Assembly: GCF_001194135.2 (NCBI RefSeq)
Contig: NC_068983.1
Span: forward strand, 50,046,901-50,110,900
Direction: 5' to 3'
Length of the DNA: 64,000 nucleotides
DNA from: Octopus bimaculoides
Taxonomy: Eukaryota
Shown: positions 37,641 through 49,100 of the stretch, one piece after another
Numbering within the stretch: the stretch's first letter is position 1
Layout of the letters: the number at the start of each line of letters is the position of its first letter
Program-made: the position numbers and the translations under genes
Notes under the pieces: generated by a model
Databases searched by the model: none
The model's input: only the letters and a program-made list of their open reading frames with translations
Told to the model about the DNA's origin: nothing

Positions 37641-37904
37641 TGGATAAACTGTGTCTGGAAAAGTAGTCATGGCTAGTTAGCTTTCGAACAAAGATATACC
37701 TGATCCAGGCCGATCTGGAGTAACAGTGCATCAAGCATGACATTAGAACATACAGATGAATCCTGAAAATAACATACTCACTTTGGAACACATTAACAAG
37801 AGAGGCCTGACTTGATCATTCAACTTACTGGAAATAGCAGTCAAATCCCTTACAAAATAACACCATATTCTCAAACGAGAAACAAAGAAAAGAAAATAAA
37901 TTAT

Positions 37905-38113
37905 GACTTGAAATTTGGGCAACAAGACAACAATTTCGAAGGAGGGGGTAAATCGATTACATTGATCCCAGTGTTCGACTGGTATTTAATTTATTGGCTC
38001 CGAAAGGATGAAAGACAAAGTCGACCTCGATGACATTTGACCTCTGAACGTGAAAACAGACGAAATGCCGCTAAAATTTCGTTCAGCGTGCTAACGATTC
38101 TGCCAACTCGCCG
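37905..38113 (-). mobile_element. SINE family A
   Basis: GACTGGTATTTAATTTATTGGCTCCGAAAGGATGAAAGACAAAGTCGACCTCG..GACGAAATGCCGCTAA..TCTGCCAACTCGCC. Confidence 0.8.
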
Positions 38114-38156
38114 TTTTAATAATAATAATAACAACAACAACAACAACAACAACAAC

Positions 38157-38209
<53 letters not shown>

Positions 38210-38429
38210 TAATAACATTGATACAAGTGTGAAGGTAGAACACCTACAAAAGAAAATCAGCATTACTTGGAGCTCCAAGAATTCTTCGTAGGATTCTTGA
38301 AGCATGACCAGTAAACAAGTGTCATCTTAGTCTGCTGACAAAGTTCAGCTGACACTTTCCATCACACCCAGCAAAATAAACTGTGAGTTTTCATCACAGT
38401 ATAATAATAAATGGTTTAACATTTGCCTC

Positions 38430-38627
38430 AAGGGTAGCAATTTTGGGGTAAGGGGTGAATCGATTATACCAATCCCAGTGTTCAACTGGTACTTATTTTA
38501 ACGACCCCGAAAGGATGACAAGCAGAGTTAACCTTGGCAGAATTCGAACTCAGAACGCAAAGATGGACGAAATGCCGCTAAGCAATTTCCCCGGCGTGGT
38601 AATGGGTCTGATAGCTCACCGCCTTAA
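38430..38627 (-). mobile_element. SINE family A
   Basis: CAACTGGTACTTATTTTAACGACCCCGAAAGGATGA..GAATTCGAACTCAGAACG..GACGAAATGCCGCTAAGC..AGCTCACCGCC. Confidence 0.8.
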
Positions 38628-40699
38628 AATACTAAATAATATACGATCAAGCAAACACCAAAGAGGGCGGTATCGGTCTGCGTCCGAACATCTCATGAAC
38701 TGGACATGTCCTAGAAAATTTCAAATAATGTGGAGCGAAATCAAACAGTTATCAAATATATGTAACTCTAAGTAAACGTGTTGAGAACTACTTTCTTTCG
38801 TTAGATCACACATTATACAAAATGTTACGTATAATGTTAAATTCGGCTGTTTTATCGTTTATGTCGTATCAGCCAGACTGATTTATTAAAACAAAACAAA
38901 ACATAAAAAATGAAGACAAACTGTCGTTGATATCTGCAACGCCGAATATATAATTACTTAGCGACATTAGTGTCTGATAGCCAAGCCTCACAGTATATAT
39001 CACGAACACATTAGTCGAATATGTATTTGTGGGTGGTCGTTCGGAGCTGTAATTGCAAATACCTAATTCTTTTATGTATCAATTTTGCTTACATTTTTCT
39101 TTCCATTTCCCCCCGACAAAGTGTTTTATTTTGTTTATAGATATATTTATGTTTAATAATTTAGTTGAGTAGTATTCATTATACTTTCAATTAATGTATG
39201 TTATAGAAATCTAAGTAATTCTAAAAACAAGCCATTGTGCTGGCGGCATTTCTACGAATCATTGTAATTGAAATTGGACCAAACAACGAAGAAGCTTCGC
39301 TTGGTAATAGCCGGAAGCTTTTAATAGGTGACGGCAAGCTACTTTCATAGGCGGGGCAGGTGAAGGATCGTCTACGAAGGAAGTCTCAAACTGTTAAGGG
39401 TTGGAATACGAACCGGAAGTGAACTGAAATTCAGTACTTTTGTAGCTTTTCTACTCTTCTATCGAAACCCTAACATTTAGTTGCTTGTGATAAGACTGCG
39501 GAAATAACGATGTTAATTTTATGAATTTAAAGAGAATGAATAACATTCATCAACATAAGATACAAACTTTGATGTCATGAATAATACGAAGAGAAAGGAA
39601 TATTATTTAAGCCCAGGTGAAGTTAATCACTTTTGAATGTTTCATGTTACTTTTGCTGTTGTTGTCGTCGTTGTCCATCATATTCTTCCCCTCCTCCTCC
39701 TAGTTTCCCATGCTCTTCTTCTTCTTCTTCTTCTTCTTCCACGTTCACATGTTCTAGTTGTTGTTGTTGTTGTTCTTCTTCTTCTTCTTCTTCTTCTTCT
39801 TCTCCTTCTTCTTCTTCTTCTTCTTCTCCTTCTCCTCCTTCTTCTTCTTTTTCTTTTTCCATTCTCTACTTCTTCTTCTTCTTCTTCCTCTTCTCCTTCT
39901 TCTCCTTCTCCTCCTTCTTCTTCTCCTCCTCCTCCTCCTCCTCCTCCTCATTCTTCTTCTTCTTCTTCTTATTCTCCACAGCCTACTTTCCCGTCTTCTT
40001 CTTCTTCTTCTTCTTCTTCTTCTCCTCCTCCTCNNNNNNNNNNNNNNNNNNNNNNNNNNNNNNNNNNNNNNNNNNNNNNNNNNNNNNNNNNNNNNNNNNN
40101 NNNNNNNNNNNNNNNNNNNNNNNNNNNNNNNNNNNNNNNNNNNNNNNNNNNNNNNNNNNNNNNNNNNNNNNNNNNNNNNNNNNNNNNNNNNNNNNNNNNN
40201 NNNNNNNNNNNNNNNNNNNNNNNNNNNNNNNNNNNNNNNNNNNNNNNNNNNNNNNNNNNNNNNNNNNNNNNNNNNNNNNNNNNNNNNNNNNNNNNNNNNN
40301 NNNNNNNNNNNNNNNNNNNNNNNNNNNNNNNNNNNNNNNNNNNNNNNNNNNNNNNNNNNNNNNNNNNNNNNNNNNNNNNNNNNNNNNNNNNNNNNNNNNN
40401 NNNNNNNNNNNNNNNNNNNNNNNNNNNNNNNNNNNNNNNNNNNNNNNNNNNNNNNNNNNNNNNNNNNNNNNNNNNNNNNNNNNNNNNNNNNNNNNNNNNN
40501 NNNNNNNNNNNNNNNNNNNNNNNNNNNNNNNNNNNNNNNNNNNNNNNNNNNNNNNNNNNNNNNNNNNNNNNNNNNNNNNNNNNNNNNNNNNNNNNNNNNN
40601 NNNNNNNNNNNNNNNNNNNNNNNNNNNNNNNNNNNNNNNNNNNNNNNNNNNNNAAGAACAGCAACAAACACTACTGTATAAAACAACAATAACAACAAC

Positions 40700-40756
<57 letters not shown>

Positions 40757-41084
40757 AGAGCTGAAGGGAGGCATCGGTAAACCAGTTTATTAAAGAAAAA
40801 ACTAGGCTTCTTTTGCAAGCTGATTGCTCAAGGAGGCAATACTAAAACGCTCTGTATAGAAAAAAAAGGGAAGTACTTAAAAAGAATTTGAATGCCAAAC
40901 ATGAATACCGCTCTGTAATCTATTCATGTTATTCACACCTCCATCGCGATTATCATAAAACTATATGATTCACTGTTAAATATAAGAATGACTTCCGGCG
41001 AGCATTGACGCTTTATTATGCCAATAACATATATGATAATGATCTGTAGCATAGCCACAAGGTTGCAGATTTTGAGAATGTCGT

Positions 41085-41530
41085 TGGCCAAAAAATTGAA
41101 ACACACCATCTTTGATTTAGCTTTTGTGCTTTTCCTAACCTATAACTACGGATGTTGGGAAATGACGTAAGGAGTACGATCGCGAAGACAAGTGACCGAA
41201 ATGGGGTTCCTTCCAAGGAATAACGTTACTTGGTAAGTAGTTTGGATATCAGTGAGACTCTCCAGGTTGAACTGCTTCTTCTCTGCATTGAGAGGTAACA
41301 GCTTCGGTTCTATGAATAGAATTGCTAAATGGATTCCTTCCGAGTCAAAAGCTAGGAATCTTTGAGGACGAGACGACTGGATAATGCCCGTAGTGTGAGA
41401 AAGTATGATGAAACTTTCCATTCGAATAGTATAATGACAGCTGTTTCTGATGTGACCCTGTGGAGAAGGTGCCTGATGACCCTACTCCGAAGAACCTTCC
41501 AGGAATAGTGGGAAGAGAAAATGGATGGAT
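41085..41530 (+). mobile_element. Decayed RTE-clade LINE, RT C-terminal region
   Basis: Across stops and frameshifts: LAKKLKHTIFDLAFVLFLTYNYGCWEMT*GVRSRRQVTEMGFLPR..ISETLQVELLLLCIER*QLRF, matching the RTE pattern LTYG..W.MT..VRSR.QA.EM.FLR..IRE.L.VE.LLL.IER.QLRW. Confidence 0.78.
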
Positions 41531-41687
41531 GGTTTGTCATTTAAACAAATACGCCAGTAAATAGTCAGTATTTTATTTTAACTACAGGTATTTTCTTCTT
41601 TTTAGAGAAAATATAACGAATGCAAAGATGATCTGAGCATATGTGAAGAATTTGAATCTGAGTGGTAAATGGTGCTAAGTTAATATT

Positions 41688-41818
41688 CTTTTCTACTCTA
41701 GGCACAAGGCCCGAAATTTTGGGGGAGGGGACCAGTCTATTAGATCGACCCAGTATGCAACTGGTACTTAATTTATCGACCCCGAAAGAGTAAAAGATAA
41801 AGCTGACCTTGACGGAAT
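41688..41818 (-). mobile_element. SINE family A, 3' part
   Basis: CTTTTCTACTCTAGGCACAAGGCCCGAAATTTTGGGGG..CTGGTACTTAATTTATCGACCCCGAAAG. Confidence 0.8.
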
Positions 41819-42009
41819 GGTGCTAATTTAATATTAAACAATACATTTAGCCCGTCGTTGAAACATTTCTTCCAAAATATGGTTTTCAACACAGGAACAA
41901 AACCAGGAATTTGTTAATTGGCTTAATCCGCTAAATTCATTTCAGTGCTTGGCTGGTATTTATTTCATAAATTCCAGAAGGAAGGTAAAGGTAACCTGAA
42001 ATGCAAAAA

Positions 42010-42275
42010 GCTAGACCAAATACCCCAGCATGAGAAAAACATCGCAAATGGGCGTACAGCTGTGAGGGAAATCGTCGAATCACCATCCGTAAGTTATCAG
42101 AAGATGTGCAGAATAGTTACGGTTCAGTTCAGTCCGTTATCACAGAAGATTTGGTTTTGAGACCCGCGTCTGCCAAGTTTGTGCCCAAACTGCTTTCAGC
42201 TGACCTAAAAGACACTCAGGTTTCAATTGCATAAGATCTCCTTGATTGTGTCTAGAACAATGAAAATTGTTTAAA
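42010..42275 (+). mobile_element. Mariner transposase fragment (second HTH and linker)
   Basis: NRRITIRKLSEDVQNSYGSVQSVITEDLVLRPASAKFVPKLLSADLKDTQVSIA*DLLDC, matching mariner RRIT.RELA..V.IS.GSV..IL.EDL.MR.VSA(K/R)(F/W)VP(K/R)LL. Confidence 0.85.
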
Positions 42276-42535
42276 ATCTTTGCGTAGGCCTCTGAGCAGG
42301 TATCGCCAAGCTTTTGGAAAAATTCTATGCAGATCCTCTGCTCAACTTTCTCTGTTAAGGTCAATGCGAGGATCATATGCTACACACCTTCCTTCAAATA
42401 ACTACTATAATCAGCTGAAATGAGAAGGAACGTTAAAACTTAGTGCGCATGCACGGCAGTGTTTAAGGTCAATCTGTGCCAAGCGGCTTTACTCTGCGTG
42501 CTTTAGCGTCGTTATTATGATTACAGTCCAGATAC
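42276..42535 (-). mobile_element. Mariner transposase N-terminus and 5' end, opposite orientation
   Basis: Minus ORF 42140-42376 contains TEKVEQRICIEFFQKLGDTCSEAYAKI, a typical mariner N-terminus (EQR.CIKF..KLG.T..E). Confidence 0.8.
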
Positions 42536-42586
42536 GTATTGATCAGGCCACGTATAATTATAGTTTTATATATTCATAAACACATA

Positions 42587-42751
42587 GGCGTAGGAGTGGC
42601 TGTGTGGTAAGTAGCTTGCTAACGAACCACATGGTTCCGGGTTCAGTGGCACCTTGGGCAAGTGTCTTCTACTATAGCCTAATATAGCCACGGGCCGACC
42701 AAAGCCTTGTCAGTGGATATGGCAGACGGAAACTGAAAGAAGCCCGTCGTA

Positions 42752-42840
<89 letters not shown>

Positions 42841-43054
42841 ATATATTTGTGTGTCTGTATTTGTCCCCCAACATCACTTGACAAACGATGCTGGTGTGTT
42901 TATGTCCCCGTAACTTAACGGTTCGGCAAAAGAGACCGCTAGAATAAGTACTAGGCTTACAAAGAATAAGTTCTGGGGCCGATTTGCTCGACTAAAGGCG
43001 TTGCTCCAGCATGGCCACAGTCCAATGACTGAAACAAGTAGAAAGGTAAAAGAG
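42587..43054 (+). mobile_element. SINE family B, full length with internal (TA)n(TG)n
   Basis: GGCGTAGGAGTGGCTGTGTGGTAAGTAGCTTGC..GGTTCCGGGTTCAG..AAGAAGCCCGTCG-(TA)n(TG)n-TCTGTATTTGTCCCCC..CAGCATGGCCACAGTCCAATGACTGAAACAAGT. Confidence 0.92.
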
Positions 43055-44221
43055 TAAACATACATACATACATACGAACAAACACACACACATATAATCA
43101 TGGTAATATTTCAACTCATTTTCAATAACACAATATATATGACTAATTGTTGATCCCTCTGGTATAAAATTATTCAGAATACAAAGAAAAGGACCAACCA
43201 ATACATTTTTTAGACTCTTTGCATTTAATAAACAGTTTTCCCACTAAATAATATTGCAATGATCTGAAAATATGATAGATGAAACAAGGTCACAAGAGTA
43301 AGAAGGGTGAGGCCAAACTTCCATATTTCATGCCATAATCATTTACAGAGTGACTTGGTCAATATGGGCCTTGCATTATCGCGCAAGAGCAACAGCCTTT
43401 CACACTGACCAATGACGTGTACCCTTTCTGTAAATTTCTGCTCACTGCTTTCAATTTACAATGTACATTGCATTGTGCTATACCACAGCACAGCATCATT
43501 CAGTTAGTCTATCTTCATATTTGCTTTCTTATTTATATCGATGAATATAATCATTTGGATTTGTGTGCACATATGTGTATCTATTTACATTTCTTGTTGT
43601 GTTTTTATATTTCTGAAACTCGCAATTATAACCGTAAACTGTAAACTCTTAGACTAACTACCACCTTTCAGGCTTTGCTTACCATTAAATTCTTTGTAAT
43701 ATTACATTCCTATATGTCATATTATTTGACTTTATTACATTACTGCATACCACTTTGCATTTTATTATATTATTCGATATTACATCGTCCTGCATTCTTT
43801 TGTGTAATATGGCACTCCTGTGCACCGATCTATATTAATATGATTTACATAGAATGTAGTTTTCAATCATAGACAAAACTAGAAACTGTAACTTTCTTTC
43901 AGTAATAATTACCTAAATGTTTTCTGAACAATTGATTTGCCAAAACGGACCAAAATTCGAAATATTTATTAGTAGCCGCACCCGTCTTTGTATAGGGATG
44001 TATAAATTAACCTGACCCTAATGTCAAAGTAATAATAATCGTTAATCTACTTACTTAGAACTTTACTACATACTTGCTCCCACTAACATATGCATACACG
44101 TACATATAAATATATATATATCTATCTATGTCTTTTTTTCTGACTCTCTCTCTGAATGTTTCATGTCAGTCTATCTGTCTGTCTACATGTATGTATATAT
44201 GTATGTATGTAAATATAAAGT

Positions 44222-44505
44222 GTATTCAACCTACGATCGTAAGGCCGTGAGTTCGATCTTTGCAGCACGTTACGTCCCTAAATAAGACACTCTATTTCTC
44301 ATTGCTCCAGTATACTCAGTTGGCAAAAATGAATAGTACCTGTATTTAAAAGGGCCAGCCTTGTCACACACTGTGTCACGCTGAATCTCCCGGACAAATA
44401 CATTAAGGGTACGCGTGTCTGTGGCGTATTCAGCCACTTGCACGTTACTTTCACGAGTAGGCTGTTCCATTGATTGGATCAAATGGAACCATTGACGTCG
44501 TAACC
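44222..44505 (+). mobile_element. SINE, head H2 + tail T1, degraded
   Basis: ACGATCGTAAGGCCGTGAGTTCGATC..AAATAAGACACT..GGGCCAGCCTTGTCACAC..AGCCACTTGCACGTTA..GACGTCGTAACC. Confidence 0.75.
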
Positions 44506-44804
44506 ATCTGTGTGCCAGTTTATAAGCGATGATATCTACACTGAAACAATATCGCCATGTTCCCCACAACACATCAACATTTGCAGGGATTTCTAGATCC
44601 AACACTGAATAATTCACAAACAAACGTTCACAGATTTGAGGTTCATTTGGCCTGTAACATGCAAGAGTCATTAAAACTATCTACAAAGAATAGACGTTGT
44701 AATGGTGATCATCATTAGAAGTATTAGTAACATACACAGAAAGGCTGTTGGTTTGTCCCAAAACACCGTTTATCTCCAGTTTTTCTGGAGGTTCTGAATA
44801 TAGC

Positions 44805-44891
<87 letters not shown>

Positions 44892-45215
44892 GCACACACA
44901 CATATACCCCGGTCTATTACCCATTTTTCTTAGGAGGGGTAACCACAGCAAGACATACACCAAGCATTCCATTCATTTTCAAGCTCAAGGGGGTGAGCCC
45001 AATTCTCTGCTCGGGTCAAGGCATAGAACGCAACCCTCAATATCAGCAGCGAGGNNNNNNNNNNNNNNNNNNNNNNNNNNNNNNNNNNNNNNNNNNNNNA
45101 TATAAGCTGATTCCGTACTCCGTTGAGCAACATCAAAATTCATTCATCCGTCCACAAACACTCTCCAAGAGAGTAAAAATATATAATAATAATTATGATA
45201 ATAATAATAATAATG

Positions 45216-45268
<53 letters not shown>

Positions 45269-45271
45269 TAC

Positions 45272-45903
45272 AAGGTAAGAAACTGGGGAGTTGGGGTTGT
45301 ATAAAGGGGTTCAAATCTGAAACTAAGGAAATTTTAAGTTTTGTATCTGAGTGTATTTGCAAAGGTATTAATTTAAGTAAGTAAAAAATAAAGATAAAAT
45401 AAAAATAAATTTCAAAATATATAAATAATAAAAAATATGGATATATCTCTAAGGGGAAATAATTATGTAATGAAGATAAAAATAAATTTTTTAAAATAGA
45501 TGTAAAATAAAGAACAGTAAATAAACCGTTGTAACTCTAATTTCTATTGTCTTATTAATAGTAATATTAGTATTAGTAAATATTAGATATACTTTTTTAA
45601 ACTTCCTCTCTTTCGGATTTGAATCCCTTCAAGAAATATGTAAGATTCGTTTTATATATTAAAAAAAAGATACCCTGAAGAGCTTCTGCTCAATGCAGTT
45701 TAAAATGAAAGCCAAGTCTTAATAATGGAGTTGTCCCAAATGCTTCAAACTATGCATTACTAAGAGGACAAAATCAAAACATATGTAGGATTTCTTTAGT
45801 CTCTTTTGTAATTTTTGAAAATTTGTTTTTATGCAAATCTTAACTTTAAACTATGATACAAATGAATTAAATATACGTCCCCAACTCTCCATTTTCCTAC
45901 CTT
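45272..45903. mobile_element. Probable old MITE with ~30-bp imperfect terminal inverted repeats
   Basis: AAGGTAAGAAACTGGGGAGTTGGGG (45272) vs CCCCAACTCTCCATTTTCCTACCTT (45879-45903); AT-rich interior with a further internal inverted segment (45304-45330 vs 45601-45630). Confidence 0.5.
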
Positions 45904-45959
45904 ATTAATAATACTTATTACAATAATCCAAAACAAATCGTGGAGATTTTCTTATTATA

Positions 45960-46500
45960 CGATGGAGATTAAACCAGTGAAATCAAATCTTCTGCTGGAC
46001 TTTTCAATTTGTTTAAAAGCCTTTTAGATCTGATGTAGTGATTTTCTTTCACTTTTTCTGACAAATTGACCTTTCCTCATCATATAAGATTTATATCTAA
46101 TGTCTTCGTGGACAACATTTCTGACTGTTCCTTCTGGCACATGGATATCTTTTGCAATTGACCACATGGACTTTCTGGGATTGTAATCAATGGGCTGTTG
46201 AACTTGTTGCATGAATTCAGATGTTCTAATGATCCCAGAGCGTTTAGAATGCTTTTTAAGCTTTGATACTGGTGATAAGTTTCCATCTTCAATCTTTAGC
46301 TCCTTACCAAAGATCTGGCAAATTTAAAAAATTGCGATATTTCTAAATCGCTATGCTCAGCCTTTATAACCACAATAACAGCATGCCTCTTCATTTCTTA
46401 AGTAAGCTGAGGGCTGGCCATTATTATTTTCTGAAACAAAAGTTATACAAAGCTAGAAAAAATGCAGCAATGGCCCCAAAAATTATGTCCTCAAATACCT
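45960..46500 (-). mobile_element. Tc1/mariner (DD37D/maT-like) 5' end and transposase N-terminal part, decayed
   Basis: Minus strand RHAVIVVIKAEHSDLEISQFL.. and ORF 46024-46212 IDYNPRKSMWSIAKDIHVPEGTVRNVVHEDIRYKSYMMRKGQF (HTH). The subfamily is assigned by motif resemblance only. Confidence 0.8.
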
Positions 46501-48525
46501 TACGCACACACATATATATGTGTATGTATGTATGTATGTATGTGTGATTATATATTTATATACACATATATATTCATACAATTGTATGAATATACATACA
46601 CCATAATGGCTTGTATATATAAAATATGGGACGCTACCTTTATTAAAACTAGTTCGGTATTCATCGCGTAGCTGGTGGCAAACTAGTAAAATATTTAATT
46701 TAAATTTTGTTCTTTTAAAATGCTACCTTTAATATAAAATATGTGTATTTTAAACACAAAGAGTCTTTGAAAGAATTATAGATTTGCCTCTGTATTCGCT
46801 TTTCAGAAAAGAATATGCTGCTAGGAATTTTTCAATTTCGTAATGTAAATTATTGAAGTTTGGTTGCCTTTCCCAGCGTAGATTTAATAATAAATAATTT
46901 TTTAATATTGTAAAATAAATGAGCAGTCAAGCACTAGTATAGATGTAATCGAATTGCCTCCTGCTCTGAATATTCCTGGCCTATTGCCAAAATCAAAATG
47001 AATATTGTTTAAATAAACAACGTTTATTTTAACGTATTTTATAACATACGTACTTTAAAAATTCAGTATGTAAAGTGGACAATATTTAAAATTACTAAAA
47101 TGTTTTTGCCATAAACATCTTTCGGGGGCAACGTTCTACTTTCATTCGTCTGTTTCGCTGATTTCAAGTAAACATTTATTTTTTATTTCAAGGAGGTCGA
47201 GTGACCACACAAAACACTTTCACGTTTGCGAATATTTGTTTATATTTTAGTAATATTTGTTGCTGACGATGAATGATATAAGGACGTTTTTCTTTTTAAT
47301 AATATTTACATCACCAGTATTATAGTGTACTTCTAATGAAATTTCATAGCTAAAATACTCATATATGCATAACCTAGAATTTCATTTTTTTTGTTTTTTT
47401 TTGCAATTTACCAGTTGTTGTATCTCAACAAATATTTAAATTGAAAATAATATATTGACTTTACAAATTGGAGAATTGACTTTTACTGACTAAACGGTTT
47501 TGTAACATTGCTTAATCACCCCGAAAATAAGTAGTTTCAAGCGGGGAGAAGGAACAGAATTCAATAAATCGAATTAGGTTGACAGTAGTGTTTAGCTTTT
47601 ATACTGACTGAAAGTTTCAGTGGATCTGTCACTGCTTTTATTACTTTCCCTTCAGTTTCCTCGACTTTTATCTTTTTCCTTTCATCACATAGTTTATTGT
47701 ATTTGAGACAGCAATATTCATTTTTATTTCTTTCTTCTGTGGGGTGCACTGAAAAAATAAACTTTGGCCAAAAGTAAAACACAATCGTTATTTGTCGGTT
47801 CGTTGCTTACTTGAATTCAATGAATAAATTATATAATTCATTATTTTCTTTATCTCGCTTCTCCAAATATATCACTTGGCTGTTTAGGATTAAGATTAAA
47901 TGAATGGGATTTTCTCTCAAAATGAATTGTCATTCTCTTGTTAGTTTTATTGTTGCTGTTTAACCCTAATATATCAACTGACCGGATAACTATCAAAACT
48001 AGCCCAGCCATGAATAAATATGTTCCTTTAGTTCAATGGTTTAGAGTTACCTCCTCTTATAAGACAATAATACGTGATTCAAGCGAAATATTGTTGCTAT
48101 TTCAACCACGTAGTACAACAAAGTAGAGTGTTCTATGCAGATATTTTGACACCTTATATTATTGTCGAAAACTAAACCTGTCTGTGAAGTTGCTAGAAAT
48201 AAGTTAAACCCGATTGAAATTAAACGATTTCAATTAACGTATGTTATTGCAAAGCCTAAAGATAAGAAACATCTGTAAAATGTTTCATTAGTTATTTCAT
48301 TACTTTATCGACTTAACTCAATGCTATACTGCATTTACCAGCGATATATGTCGTAGCATATGCGTGGTGTTATATATATACCGTTAAATTTCCACTGTTC
48401 TTTTGACATTTTAGTGTCTGAAGTTATTGAGAGAAGCGCTAATTTTTCTTAATTCAATCAGCGACAAAGCGCATGTCAGTGAGAAATCCCTTGACACTCA
48501 ACTCTCTGATTGAAAAATAATCCGA

Positions 48526-48900
48526 CTGCTTTCAAAATGAGTTCTGATTGCTTTAAGAGAGAACATTATTAGTGAAAATACAATTACTCTTTCACAGTTT
48601 ATTTCAAACAAATCAAGTTTTAGTATATTTTATCTCCTGCTGTTCCTCATGTATCAAAGTAAGAATACAGCGCAAGGAAACATTGAACATGCCAATGTAG
48701 AGCTAGTTCCTCACCCAATCACAGAGATTTTGGGACCACTGATTTAACAGTAATTACATGCAATAACATGACACATTGCTCTCTTGCAAAGAGTAACAGG
48801 GCGATTAAATAATGATTCAATAGCTTGCAGATACCATTTCACAATCTGTTCGACATTCTAAAAGTATCAAAGGCTGTGTTAAAATTAGAATATCCATTGA
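48526..48900 (+). repeat. Block X of an old duplication (paralogue 61896-62265); possible decayed coding exon
   Basis: Gap-free alignment of about 190 nt, continuing with small indels; roughly 70-80% identity by eye. Confidence 0.8.
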
Positions 48901-48904
48901 AAGG

Positions 48905-49100
48905 TAGGCCGGCTTCAGCTTCCACTACGGCCTCCAGACGGCCCCGAAACCAAACGCATGCACTGTATTCCTGGCAAGATCATCGAACACCTCCTTGTTC
49001 TTGTCCACCAGCTCAGCCTTGGTATAACAAGTAGAACAGTTAGTTTCTTTCTCAGTCGTGTCCCACATAACTGAGAAAGAAACCAACTCTTCTATCAGGT
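48905..49100 (-). mobile_element. Tc1/mariner (DD37D-like) transposase C-terminus, decayed
   Basis: Minus ORF 48925-49179 has MWDTTEKETNCSTCYTKAELVDKNKEVFDDLARNTV; homologous to 62445-62730. Confidence 0.75.

Noticed and set aside
45600-45700. GGATT-CA-AATCC-GAAA hairpin (minus strand) and CTGAAGAGCTTCTGCTC (plus strand)
   Set aside because: Each lacks half of the hammerhead core; they are better explained as internal sequence of the 45272-45903 element.
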